Below, piece by piece: positions 51,719-62,582 of a stretch of 64,000 nucleotides of DNA; the first letter of the stretch is position 1, and the number at the start of each line of letters is the position of its first letter. A program made the position numbers and the translations under genes. The stretch lies in the NCBI GenBank assembly GCA_963801605.1, contig CAWDFP010000005.1:23778-87777 (forward strand). Direction: 5' to 3'. Below the pieces are notes generated by a model, which made no database searches, was not told where the DNA came from, and saw only the letters and a program-made list of their open reading frames with translations. Source of the DNA: an uncultured candidate division Zixibacteria bacterium (GTDB taxonomy: Bacteria; Zixibacteria; MSB-5A5; UBA10806).

Positions 51719-52804
51719 ATGAGGATTATGATGAAAAAGCATAGCATGATATTAACCGGTATTTTGTTGGTGACGATTCTAATTTCCTGCGGCGGCAGGA
51801 AAAAGGATCCTGTCGTTGCCGAAAAACCGATTGCCGTAACTGTAGCGCCCGCCACCAACGGCAATCTCGCCATCAGCAAAACATATACCGGTACTCTCGA
51901 GGGTTTCAAGCAGGCCAAGATTTACTCCTCGATACCGGAGGCCGTTGTCGAGCTTCCTGTTTCCGAGGGTAGTTCTGTGCAGGCCGGGCAAGCCATAATC
52001 GTACTTGATAAAGATGGTCCCTCATCCCGTTATAAACAGGCCGAGGCGGCCTATCTGGATGCCAAGGACAATTCTGAGAAGATGGGCAATCTCTTCAAAC
52101 AGGGCGCCATCTCCGAACAGACCTATAACGCCATTAAAACCAACTTCGAAATATCGAAAGCAAATTTTACTGCCGCCAAACAGCAAGTTGAGTTGACCAG
52201 CCCGATCTCCGGAATTCTGACCGATCTTTCTGTAAATATCGGACAGTATGCTCCCCTTGGTTTGCCGCTGGCAACCGTTGCTCAAATCGATAAGATGAGG
52301 CTGCCTATTTATGTTGATGGCCGCAGCGCGACTTATATCAAGAGCGGGCAAAAAGCAAAAGTTACTATCGATGCCGCCGATGCCTCTACCTCCGAGTTTG
52401 AGGGGACTGTTAATGAAGTTGCCAAATCGGCCGATCCGGATACCCGTCAGTTCCGGGTGGAGCTGCAAATAGATAATAAAGACGGTTTGCTTCGAGCCGG
52501 AATGTACGCCCGCGCTGTCATCATTGTATCCGAGCTTAACAATATCCTCACGATACCTAAAGACGCGGTCTTTATGATAGAAGGGGTCAGCAAAGTTTAC
52601 ACGCTCTCCAGCGACAACCGCGCCAAAGAAAGAACTGTAGTTGTCGGCGAAAATACGCTTGATGCCAGCCAGATTCTTTCGGGTCTCTCCGAGGGTGAAA
52701 ATGTCATCGTACTGGGTAGGAACCAGGTTGAGGATGGCACTCTGGTTAAAATCATGGATACTCTCCAAACCTCTCAACCGTCAGATCCATCGAAAGAAAG
52801 TTAA
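51719..52804 (+). CDS. RND efflux membrane fusion lipoprotein
   Basis: Lipobox LISC, VSEGSSVQAGQ, SPISG, LRAGMY, GLSEGENVI. Confidence 0.93.
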   Translation: MRIMMKKHSMILTGILLVTILISCGGRKKDPVVAEKPIAVTVAPATNGNLAISKTYTGTLEGFKQAKIYSSIPEAVVELPVSEGSSVQAGQAIIVLDKDGPSSRYKQAEAAYLDAKDNSEKMGNLFKQGAISEQTYNAIKTNFEISKANFTAAKQQVELTSPISGILTDLSVNIGQYAPLGLPLATVAQIDKMRLPIYVDGRSATYIKSGQKAKVTIDAADASTSEFEGTVNEVAKSADPDTRQFRVELQIDNKDGLLRAGMYARAVIIVSELNNILTIPKDAVFMIEGVSKVYTLSSDNRAKERTVVVGENTLDASQILSGLSEGENVIVLGRNQVEDGTLVKIMDTLQTSQPSDPSKES

Positions 52805-52807
52805 TTT

Positions 52808-55800
52808 ATGTATCTTTCCAATACCGCAATTAAGCGCCCCGTTTTTGCTACCATGGTCATGCTGGCTTTGGTAGTCTTGGGTCTTGCATCTTATGCCCTG
52901 ATGAACGTCGATCTCTTTCCTGATATCGATTTTCCCTATGTGGTGGTGACGACAGTTTATCCCGGCGCCGGCCCCGAGGCTGTTTCTACCGACGTCACCC
53001 AAAAGATTGAGGATGCTGTCAACCCGATTGCCGGCGTTGAGCATATTCAATCCACTTCTCAGGAGGGAGTTTCGCAGGTCATTATCCAGTTTACCCTGGA
53101 GACCAAAGCCTTGCAGGCTGCTCAGGACGTGCGTGAGAAGGTCGCCACCATTAGAGGCGATTTGCCGCAGGATATTGATGCTCCCATCATTCAGCGCTTC
53201 GATCCGGCCAGCGAGCCGATTGTCTCGCTGGTTATCTCGGGGCAGAGATCGCCTAAAGAACTTACCACCATTGCCAAAAATAACGTCCAGAAAAAGCTCG
53301 AATCAATTGAAGGTATCGGCTCGGTTGAAATCATCGGCGGCAGCGAGCGCGCCTTTCAGGTGTCGCTTGATCTCGATGCTATGAACGCCCGCACCCTGAC
53401 CTTCAATGATGTCTCCAACGCTATTGCGGGCTCAAATTTCGAGCTTCCCGCCGGCAGCTTAAACCAGGGGCCCAATCAGCTTTTGGTGCGTACTATGGGA
53501 CGGTTTGAATCGCTTGATGATATCAAAAATGTCATCGTTAAAAATACTAACGGCAAAGTCATCCACCTGAGTGATATCGCTTCAGTTGCCGATACCATCA
53601 AAGAGCGCCAATCCCTGTCGCGATTCAATGGCGTTGATGCCATCACCATTCAAATCACCAAGCAGTCCGGTTCCAATACCGTCAAAGTAGCCGAGACCAT
53701 TAAAAAAAGCTTGTCCGATATCCAAAAGCTGCTTCCTGCGGATGTCAAAGTCGATATCGTGCAGGATAATTCGGTCTTCATTCGCGAATCTGTGGATGAT
53801 GTTCAAACCACCATTATTTATGGCTGTCTTCTGGCCGCTCTGGTTATTTTCCTGTTTTTGAAAAATATCCCATCCACTTTAATATCGCTGATAGCCGTTC
53901 CCACTTCTATTATTGCCAGCTTCACTTTCATGAGGATGCTGGGGTTCACCATCAACCTGATGACCCTGATCGGACTCTCGCTGGCTGTGGGACTGCTCAT
54001 TGACGATGCCGTCGTTGTCATCGAGAATATTTACAGGCACATGACAAGGGGGGAATCCCCCTGGGAGGCTGCCAAAAACGGCACCTCGGAAATTGGTCTG
54101 GCAGTTATGGCCACTACTTTTTCGATTGTCGTGGTATTTGTGCCGGTGGCCTTCATGTCGGGCATTATGGGACGGTTCTTCTATCAGTTCGGTCTGACCG
54201 TAGCCATTTCGGTACTTGGTTTCGCTCTTCGTGGCGTTTACGCTGACCCCGATGCTTTCTTCCCGATATTTGACCAAGGAAAAGGAAATTGAGAAGGGTT
54301 CTAAGAATCCCATCAAAATTATTCTGAACGGCTGGAACGGCGCCTTCGATCGTTTCGGCAATATTTATCGGAGCAGTTTGCGATGGTCGCTTAAACATCG
54401 CGCTGTCACTCTAACTGCATCGCTGGCAAGCTTTATCATCTTCATGTATTTGGGATATACATTATTGGGAAGCGAGTTTATTCCGGCGCAGGATAGAGCG
54501 GAATTATACGTCAGTTTCAAAACCGCATCCGGGACCAGTCTTGAAAGAACCGCCGAAATTGCTGCTCAAATGGAAAAAATAATCGCATCCAACAAAGATA
54601 TATTCCGTTACCAGCTTCTAACTCTCGGTGGAACCTACACTCCCGTTAACGAGGGGTCAATTTATGTCAAGCTGGTCGATAAGAATGAGCGCAAAAAATC
54701 GGTTTTCGCCATCTCCTCTGATTTTAGAAATCAGCTTTCCGTGGTACCGGGCGTTAAAACCTCGGTGGCTCTGGAGTTGGGACATGGCGGTGGCGGCCAG
54801 GCCGTGGAGTATTCCGTTCGCGGTCCCGATTTTGTCAAGCTCAAAGCCCTTGCTGCCCGGGTTGAAAATACTGTTAAAAAAGCTCCGGGCGCCGTTGACG
54901 TTGAAAACAGCGAAAAGCAGGCCCGGCCTGAGCTTCGCGTTGCCATTGATCGCCAGGTAGCAGACGACCTTGGCTTGAATCTCGCCATTATCGGTACGGC
55001 GGTTCGCAGCCTTGTTGACGGCGCTGATATCAGCCGTTTCAGAGACGGCGATGAAGAATATGATATTAACGTTCGTCTGGCGCCGCAATATCGTACCGAT
55101 GTCGAGGATATAAACAGCATATATGTGCCCTCATTCAAGAAAGTACGCGGGAACGATTTTTCGGTGCCGCTCCGTCAGGTTGCCAGTATTTATCAATCCG
55201 CAGCCCCAACTGAGGTCCGTCGTTACGACAAACAGCGTGAAATCAGGGTCGGAAGCAACCTGGCCGCCGGCTATATCATGAGTGACGTTATGAAACAGGT
55301 CGAGGTCAACCGCGATGCTCTCCAAATCCCGCCCGGTTATATCGTAGCGCCGGTGGGCGAATCGGAAATCATGCAGGAGTCTTTCCGAAACATCATGTTT
55401 GCCCTCTTGTTGGCGGTCATTTTCATCTACCTGTTACTGGCATCTCAGTTTGAATCGTTCCTCGATCCTTTCTCGATGGGCATGTCGCTGCTCATGGCGC
55501 CGATGGGAGCCATCCTGGCTCTGTTGATCTTCGGCTCGCCGATCTCGGTTATGTCTCTCATTGGAATTGTGCTTCTTATGGGTCTGGTAACTAAGAATGC
55601 TATTTTGCTCGTTGATTTTATCAAGCAGGCCAGAGCGCGTGGCATGGAACGCACCGAGGCAATTTTGCAGGCCGGTCCCATCAGGCTTCGCCCCATCATG
55701 ATGACCTCTCTGGCCATGATCTTCGCCATGTTGCCTCTGGCATTCGCTATTGGCCCAGGCGCGGAGTTTCGCGCTCCCATGGCCCAGGCCGTTATCGGCG

Positions 55801-55949
55801 GTTTGGTATCGTCAACGCTCCTGACCCTTATCATCGTTCCGATTGTATATACGCTCCTCGATGATCTTGTTACGATTCGTTCCCGTAGACGCGAAAAGAC
55901 CCGTCAAAGAGCCGGAACCGGTGATACGTCCGCGGCGGTTAATGGGTAA
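52808..55949 (+). CDS. RND (AcrB-family) efflux permease (frameshift ~54215)
   Basis: [47 protein letters not shown]. Confidence 0.95.
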
Positions 55950-55951
55950 TA

Positions 55952-57580
55952 ATGTATGCGATAGAATTCACAAAGCTGGCCGGCACTACGAAGTTATTCC
56001 TCGATTACCTTAGCTTTAATGATCCGGCCTGCCGATACTTCCGCTATGATTTCCGGCAATCTGATTCTTATCGGCAAGCGGCTGAACAAATAGATAAAAT
56101 TACATATCCCCGTGAGAAACTGGCTTCGGTTATAACCGAGGCCACTTCTCATTTGGAGCTCTCTCCGGCAACCAGAGAAAATATCAAACGTCTCGGTCAA
56201 AGCGATTCCCTGTGTGTATTCGCGGGTCAGCAGGTTGGGCTGCTCCTGGGACCAATGTATTCAATTCTTAAAGCCTTGACCGCTTACAAGCTCGCCAAAC
56301 GTCTGGAAATAGAGCTTAAGCGTCCCGTCATTCCTTGCTTTTGGATGGCGACCGACGACCACGATTTCGATGAGATTAAATCGGTGAATCTGCTTGATCG
56401 TGACGGCCAATGCCGCTCCGTTGCCTACGAACCCGGCCAAAAGCCTGACGGCCAGCCGATGTCGAAAGTTAAATTTGATTCCGAAATCGAAAAATTTATC
56501 TCTTCGGTAAACGATCTTCTTATAGATACGGAATTTTCGGATACTATCAGAGGATTGCTGAAGAAGATTTACCAGCCGGGGAAATCGCTTTCATATTCTT
56601 TTACAGAGCTTTTTGAAACCTTCCTTGGCGATTTTGGAATCGTTCCCGTTGATCCCAATTACCCCGGGATGAAAGTATTTTTCGAACCGATATTTCGCCG
56701 CGATATCGAAAATCATACTTCCAGCTTCGAAATATTTGAAAATCGCTCGCTGGAGATAATTGGCGCCGGCTATCATCGTCAGGTGCATAAACCCGCGTCC
56801 AATCTTAATCTATTTTTTGATAATGGCGTCAGGCGCAATATCATCGTTGATGGTGACACTTATCGCTATGACGGACACGATAAGCGGTTCAGCCGCGGCG
56901 ATATTCTGAATCAGCTAAAAACCGAACCTGAAAGATTTTCGCCCAACGTTACTTTGCGGCCGGTTGCTCAGTGCTTCGCGTTCCCTACAGTCAGCCAGAT
57001 TGTCGGGCCATCGGAGGCGGCCTATTTTGCGCAGATAACTCCGCTTTTCGATTTTCATGGCGTTCCCTGGCCGGTTATTCGTCCCCGGCTTTTTGCGACG
57101 CTGATCGAGCCGCAGATCGCCAAAATAATGCATAAACTTTCAATTGATTTTGCCGGCCTCGATCGGGATATCGAATTTGAAATCGGACGAGTCATCAGCG
57201 AAAATTATCCCCCCGAGATACAAAACCAGGCCGAACAGCTCCGGTCTCAAATTGAAAATCCGCTCTCGTCATTGGCCGAATCTGTCAAAGCGCAGGACCT
57301 GGAAAGCTATCAGGCTTTGGAGTACACCCGACGCAAGATCGATCATGAACTCAATCATCTTTCCAAAAAGCTTATAATGGCTCATAAAAAAAGACATGAT
57401 GAAGTCCGCCGCAAAGTCCTGAAAGTTGCCGCCTTTCTCTTACCTTCGGATAAATTCCAGGAACGCGTCTTGACTCCTGTCTATTTTGCTGATAAATTTG
57501 GCCCGGGAATTTTTAAGCAGCTTGAAAATAAATTGGATCTCGATTCGGTCGCGCATCAACTTGTGGAGATTGACCCATGA
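55952..57580 (+). CDS. bshC: Bacillithiol cysteine-adding enzyme BshC
   Basis: AGQQVGLLLGPMYSILKA, FWMATDDHDFDEI, FSPNVTLRP, GPSEAAYF, QER. Confidence 0.95.
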   Translation: MYAIEFTKLAGTTKLFLDYLSFNDPACRYFRYDFRQSDSYRQAAEQIDKITYPREKLASVITEATSHLELSPATRENIKRLGQSDSLCVFAGQQVGLLLGPMYSILKALTAYKLAKRLEIELKRPVIPCFWMATDDHDFDEIKSVNLLDRDGQCRSVAYEPGQKPDGQPMSKVKFDSEIEKFISSVNDLLIDTEFSDTIRGLLKKIYQPGKSLSYSFTELFETFLGDFGIVPVDPNYPGMKVFFEPIFRRDIENHTSSFEIFENRSLEIIGAGYHRQVHKPASNLNLFFDNGVRRNIIVDGDTYRYDGHDKRFSRGDILNQLKTEPERFSPNVTLRPVAQCFAFPTVSQIVGPSEAAYFAQITPLFDFHGVPWPVIRPRLFATLIEPQIAKIMHKLSIDFAGLDRDIEFEIGRVISENYPPEIQNQAEQLRSQIENPLSSLAESVKAQDLESYQALEYTRRKIDHELNHLSKKLIMAHKKRHDEVRRKVLKVAAFLLPSDKFQERVLTPVYFADKFGPGIFKQLENKLDLDSVAHQLVEIDP

Positions 57581-58704
57581 AAGTTGGCATCGTTTGCTAC
57601 CCGGTTAAAGGCGGATCAGGGGTTGTTGCCTCCGAACTCGGATTGGCGCTGATCGGAATGGGGGTGGAGGTTCACTTTTTCTCTTACGCCCTGCCATTCC
57701 GGCTGACCGGTTTTGAGGCCAATTTCATTTTCCACCAGGTGGAGATTTCCGATTATCCTCTATTCCAGCATTCGCCATATACCTTAACATTGGCCACGCG
57801 CCTGGCTGAGGAATCGCGCCGGGTAGGCCTCGATATCATCCACGCGCACTACGCCATCCCGCATGCCATAAGCGGCTACCTTGCCAAACAGATTCTCGGC
57901 ACTGTCCGACCCAAGCTGATTACTACCTTACACGGTACGGACATCACACTGGTTGGAGCTGACCCCTCGTTTTATTCGGTAACCAAATTTTCTATGGAAG
58001 TCAGCGATGGTTTGAGCACCGTAAGTCAATATATCTACGATAAAACTTATGCCGATTTCGGTATTAAAAAACCGATTAAAGTGATTCCCAATTTTGTTGA
58101 TAATTCGCGTTTTCGTCCCGATCAGAGCGGCTGTGATCGTGCCATCTTCGCCCGCCCCGATGAGAAGATCATCATGCATCTGTCAAATTACCGTCCGGTT
58201 AAAAATGCTCCCGACGTCGTTAGAATATTTAAGTTGATAAATGACCAAATGCCTTCCAGACTCGTACTCGTTGGTGATGGCCCTGATGCGCCTTACGTAT
58301 TGCGTCTGGCTGATGAGCTCGGCTTAAAAAACCGCGTTATCTTTTTAGGCGCCCAGGATTCGGTGGAAACAATCCTCTGCAAAGCCGATCTATTTCTCTT
58401 GCCATCCGCTTCCGAATCATTTGGGTTGGCCGCATTGGAGGCTCTGGCCTGCGGAGTGCCGGTAGTGGCTTCGATCGTGGGTGGAGTACCGGAGCTTATC
58501 AAGGATGGCGAGGTGGGCTATCTGGCGCCTATCGGCGATGTCAACGCCATGGCCGCCCGGTCGCTTGAAATTCTTTCCGATAAAAAACTTTACAGCCGTA
58601 TGTCCGAAAACGCTCGAAAATTGACCGTAGAAAAATACGACACCAAAGATATCGTCAAACAATACTACCAATTCTACCAGGAGGTGTTGGCAAGTGAATC
58701 CTGA
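57577..58704 (+). CDS. bshA: N-acetyl-glucosaminyl-malate synthase BshA
   Basis: CYPVKGGSGVVASELG, HAHYAIPHA, TTLHGTDITLVG, SNYRPVK, ESFGLAALEA. Confidence 0.96.
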   Translation: MKVGIVCYPVKGGSGVVASELGLALIGMGVEVHFFSYALPFRLTGFEANFIFHQVEISDYPLFQHSPYTLTLATRLAEESRRVGLDIIHAHYAIPHAISGYLAKQILGTVRPKLITTLHGTDITLVGADPSFYSVTKFSMEVSDGLSTVSQYIYDKTYADFGIKKPIKVIPNFVDNSRFRPDQSGCDRAIFARPDEKIIMHLSNYRPVKNAPDVVRIFKLINDQMPSRLVLVGDGPDAPYVLRLADELGLKNRVIFLGAQDSVETILCKADLFLLPSASESFGLAALEALACGVPVVASIVGGVPELIKDGEVGYLAPIGDVNAMAARSLEILSDKKLYSRMSENARKLTVEKYDTKDIVKQYYQFYQEVLASES

Positions 58705-59419
58705 AGATGTTAAACTTGACGCTCTGGCTATTGCCGCTCATCGCGATGATACCGAAATTGTATCCGGCGGCACTCTTATTAAGCTTGTCGATCTTGGTTA
58801 TTCTGTAGGCATACTCGATCTCACGGCAGGGGAATCAGGTACCCGCGGTGATGCTTCATCACGCGCCAAAGAGGCCGCCTGCGCCGCCGAGGTCATGGGA
58901 TTGAAATACCGTCACAATCTCGAGCTTCCCGACGCCGGTCTTTACGATACCCAGGAAAACGCTTTGAAAGTGGCCGAGATCATTCGGCGCACCAAACCCG
59001 AACTGGTCTTTTTGCCCTACTGGATTCAACGTCATCCCGACCATGCGGCGGCTTCTTTAATCGGTTATCGGGGCTGCTTCCTGGCCGGGCTGATAAAAAT
59101 GCCGCTTTCCGGAAAAGCCTACCGTCCCCGCAAAATCCTCTATTCGACATCTTTTCAGGATATCGATCATAGCCTGATAGTTGATATCAGTAAGCAGTTC
59201 GAGCGTAAAAGTAAAGCTGTTGCCTGTTATAAAACGCAGTTCGAGGAAAAGCCGGGCATGCGCGAGGTTTACCCTCCGGCCAGAAATATTTTCGATTATA
59301 TGGAAATCCGCGCCCGGCAATATGGTTATATGATTGGCGTTCAGTATGCCGAATGCTTTTTGCAGAAAGAAAGGTTCTCTATTGATGATCCTATCAAGCT
59401 GCCCGGCGTATCAATATAG
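58694..59419 (+). CDS. bshB1: Bacillithiol biosynthesis deacetylase BshB1
   Basis: AHRDDTE, DLTAGESGTRG, RHPDH, YKTQF, GVQYAECF; follows bshA. Confidence 0.93.
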   Translation: MNPEDVKLDALAIAAHRDDTEIVSGGTLIKLVDLGYSVGILDLTAGESGTRGDASSRAKEAACAAEVMGLKYRHNLELPDAGLYDTQENALKVAEIIRRTKPELVFLPYWIQRHPDHAAASLIGYRGCFLAGLIKMPLSGKAYRPRKILYSTSFQDIDHSLIVDISKQFERKSKAVACYKTQFEEKPGMREVYPPARNIFDYMEIRARQYGYMIGVQYAECFLQKERFSIDDPIKLPGVSI

Positions 59420-59583
59420 GATGTCAAATCCGCCAAAAACTGTTCGGGAAATTCCAATGGATAGCCCAAGCGTGCTTGCTGATAAACCTGGCAATTCTTT
59501 GCTTGACCGGGCGATATGAAATGACTTATATATGATTAAGATTGTTTCGGATGGGATACTACAACCACTATAAAGGAGAGCCA

Positions 59584-59865
59584 ATGGAAGAAATTGTCAA
59601 TCCTTACTTGCACCAGACGATCCTCGAGATTGTTGACAAACAAATCGAAGAGTTAGCTCCTCCTGAAACCTCTAATACTCTCAATCGCCTGATTGACGAG
59701 GGGTTTTCGCAGGAAGAGGCTAAACGGCTTATCGGTTGTATCGTATCCTCGGAAATTTTCCGGGTTCTCAAAGACAAAAAGCCGTTCAACCTCGAAAGAT
59801 TCGTTGAGGGCCTCAACGGCTTGCCCGATATGCCATCCGACTGGGCGCTTGAATACGATACTTAA
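59584..59865 (+). CDS. Small conserved hypothetical helical protein
   Basis: AAGGAG SD; ILEIVDKQI..PPET..TLNRL..EEAKRLIG..EIFRVLK..PFN. Confidence 0.75.
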   Translation: MEEIVNPYLHQTILEIVDKQIEELAPPETSNTLNRLIDEGFSQEEAKRLIGCIVSSEIFRVLKDKKPFNLERFVEGLNGLPDMPSDWALEYDT

Positions 59866-60097
59866 GGAATTTGAGGCAGGGCCGTCAATATCCTATATTA
59901 TTCCTTTAATACTCGATTTATAAGTGTATTTGGACTTTTCATGATTATTCAGCTATTTGCGGATTTCACGAAATCAAAATGAGCTTCGGCGTTTAATATT
60001 ATCGATACAAATATAATGCCCATTGATTTTCCGCCCATTTTCCTTGACAAATTAGATTATTTTAGCTATCAGAATAAGGGGTAAAACTATAAGGAAT

Positions 60098-60862
60098 ATG
60101 ATAGGCAATATTATGAAAAAAATCTCTATTCTGCTTTTATTCGCCGCCTCTTTAGCTTTATTCGGAGGCTGTGCCACCAGACGGCAAGCAATTGAAATCC
60201 AAATGCAGGTTGACGCTATCAGGGCCGATCAAATTGCGATTCGCGCCGAGAACGCCCGGCTCGATTCCCTGTTCAGAGCCAACATCGAACAGTCGCGCAA
60301 GCTGAGCGCCGATTTCTCGGATTACGTTAATACCCTTGACCAGCGCATGCAAATGGTAGAATCGCGTTTGGAAGACGCTATCACCCTCGTTAATAGAGCC
60401 GCTGGAGCGATGGAGTCTACCCCTGGCAGACGGCAGCCTACCTCATCCGATTCAACCAAAACCGATACAACCCGTCAGGCCGGCGGAATAGATTGCCAGA
60501 AAATGTACAATACCGCGTATGGGGATTTCGTTCAGGAACGGTTCGAAATGGCAATAAACGGCTTCAAGGGCTATATCCAAAATTGTCCCAATACCGCGCT
60601 TGACGATAACGCCCAGTACTGGATAGGGGAGAGCTACCTTTCGATGAAACAGTATGACAAAGCTCAAAAAGCTTTTGAAACCATGCTCGATACCTATCCC
60701 AGTTCCGAGCGAATTGCCGGCGCTAAACTGAAGCTCGGTAGAGCGCTTTATGAGCAGCGTCAAAAAACCAAAGCCCGCCAGTATTTCGAGGATGTCGCCA
60801 AAAACTATCCCGGCACCGACGAGGCCCAGGAAGCCGCTCAGATGCTGCAGCGCTATAGATAA
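60098..60862 (+). CDS. cpoB: Tol-Pal-associated TPR lipoprotein CpoB/YbgF
   Basis: Lipobox FGGC, coiled coil, TPRs with DNAQYWIGESY and YPGT..A. Confidence 0.88.
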   Translation: MIGNIMKKISILLLFAASLALFGGCATRRQAIEIQMQVDAIRADQIAIRAENARLDSLFRANIEQSRKLSADFSDYVNTLDQRMQMVESRLEDAITLVNRAAGAMESTPGRRQPTSSDSTKTDTTRQAGGIDCQKMYNTAYGDFVQERFEMAINGFKGYIQNCPNTALDDNAQYWIGESYLSMKQYDKAQKAFETMLDTYPSSERIAGAKLKLGRALYEQRQKTKARQYFEDVAKNYPGTDEAQEAAQMLQRYR

Positions 60863-60974
60863 TGTCTTTTCAAACTAATCAGGGCGGCGCCATCTTCCTG
60901 ATTCATCAATTAAAGTATGATCTTGGTCTATGGAATTTCTCTTGACATTGGCCGTCTCAGATTTTATCTATCCA

Positions 60975-61054
60975 CGGCCCGATAACTGAGGCGTTAGAAT
61001 GATCGCAAATGGATTAAATCGCTAATAAAAAACCGCCTCCTCGGCGGATTTTTT
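60975..61054 (+). promoter_or_regulatory. Putative PyrR attenuator leader
   Basis: TGAGGCG (60987-60993) can pair with CGCCTC, which overlaps the 5' arm of terminator CCGCC-TCCTC-GGCGG-ATTTTTT; TTGACA at 60942. Confidence 0.6.
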
Positions 61055-61088
61055 ATAACGGGCAAAATCGCATTAATTTGGAGGACTC

Positions 61089-61646
61089 ATGCCAAAAGAT
61101 TCGACCGTGAGGATTATGAACGAGAAATCGATTTCCCTTGCGCTCAACCGTGTCGCTCATGAAATCATCGAGCGAAACAAGGGCACCGAGCATATCGTCA
61201 TAATCGGTATCCGCACCCGAGGCGCCATACTCGCCGAACGGCTGGCCGAAATTTTGAGCAAAATCGGAAAATTAGCGTTGCCGGTGGGCGTGATCGATAT
61301 CACCCTGTACCGCGACGATGTCGCCGATAAGCTCGATCAGCCGGTGGTGCAGAAAACCGATGTGCTCTTCGATATCGTCGATAAAGTCGTAATTCTGGTT
61401 GATGATGTTCTCTATACCGGACGAACCATCCGGGCCGCGCTCGACGAGATCATCGATTTCGGTCGGCCCCGCTCGATCCAACTGGCGGTTCTGGTGGATC
61501 GCGGGCATCGGGAGCTTCCCATCGGACCGGACTATATCGGCAAAGTTGTCCCCACTTCGCACAACGAACGGGTTGAGGTTCACCTGGCGGAGCAGGATGG
61601 CGTCGATGAAGTTATAATCGACAGAAGCGGCAGGGGCGGCGTATGA
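61089..61646 (+). CDS. pyrR: Pyrimidine operon regulator/UPRTase PyrR
   Basis: [48 protein letters not shown]. Confidence 0.98.
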   Translation: MPKDSTVRIMNEKSISLALNRVAHEIIERNKGTEHIVIIGIRTRGAILAERLAEILSKIGKLALPVGVIDITLYRDDVADKLDQPVVQKTDVLFDIVDKVVILVDDVLYTGRTIRAALDEIIDFGRPRSIQLAVLVDRGHRELPIGPDYIGKVVPTSHNERVEVHLAEQDGVDEVIIDRSGRGGV

Positions 61647-62582
61647 CCCTGCGCTCTCGCCATCTCCTGGGCTTAGAGGGGATGCCGGCAGATGATCTTA
61701 ATCTTTACCTCGATACCGCTATCTCATTTAAAGAAGTTTTAGCCAGAAAAATTCCCAAAGGTGCCAACCTTGCGAGGCGTGACTGTTGTAAATCTCTTCT
61801 ACGAACCCTCAACCCGCACCCGCATATCTTTTGAACTGGCAGAAAAAAGGCTTTCGGCCGATACGATTAATTTCTCGGCTTCCGGATCATCGGTGGCTAA
61901 GGGAGAAAGCCTCAAAGATACCGTCCAGAATATCGAGGCAATGAAGATTGATATGGTGGTCATTCGCCATCAGGCATCCGGAGCGCCGCATTATCTAACT
62001 ACCTGCTGTCAATCGGTTGTTATCAATGCCGGTGATGGCGCTCACGAACATCCTACCCAGGGACTTCTCGATATCTTCACCATGCGCGAAAAATATCGGC
62101 AAGATTCGCGGACTTAAAGTTGTAATCGTCGGCGATATCAAACATTCCCGCGTGGCGCGCTCCAATATCTGGGGACTTGCTGACGCTAGGAGCGAAAGTC
62201 AGGGTTTGCGCGCCTGCAGACGCTTCTACCGGTTGACGTGGATAAATTCGGGGTCGAGGTTTACGATAATCTTGACGAGGCTCTTGATGGAGCTGATGTA
62301 GTTAACGTCATGCGATTGCAAAAGGAACGTCAGCAGGGCGGCCTGTTGCCATCGTTGCGAGAATACAACCGCTATTTTGGGATTACCAAAGAACGTCTCA
62401 AAAAGCTGAATGAAAATTTCACCATAATGCATCCCGGCCCGATGAACAGGGGAGTGGAAATCTCCTCGGAGGTTGCCGAAGGTCCTTACTCGGTAATCCT
62501 GCCCCAGGTGACTAACGGCGTCGCCGTCAGGATGGCTGTATTATATCTGCTCTCAGGCGGAAGAGGTAAAGTCGATGAATAA
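61643..62582 (+). CDS. pyrB: Aspartate carbamoyltransferase catalytic subunit (several frameshifts)
   Basis: [51 protein letters not shown]. Confidence 0.95.

Noticed and set aside
52022..52777. Long minus-strand ORFs (e.g. 52022-52777, 28495-29115, 48250-48735)
   Set aside because: Antisense shadows of well-supported + strand genes with no recognisable motifs
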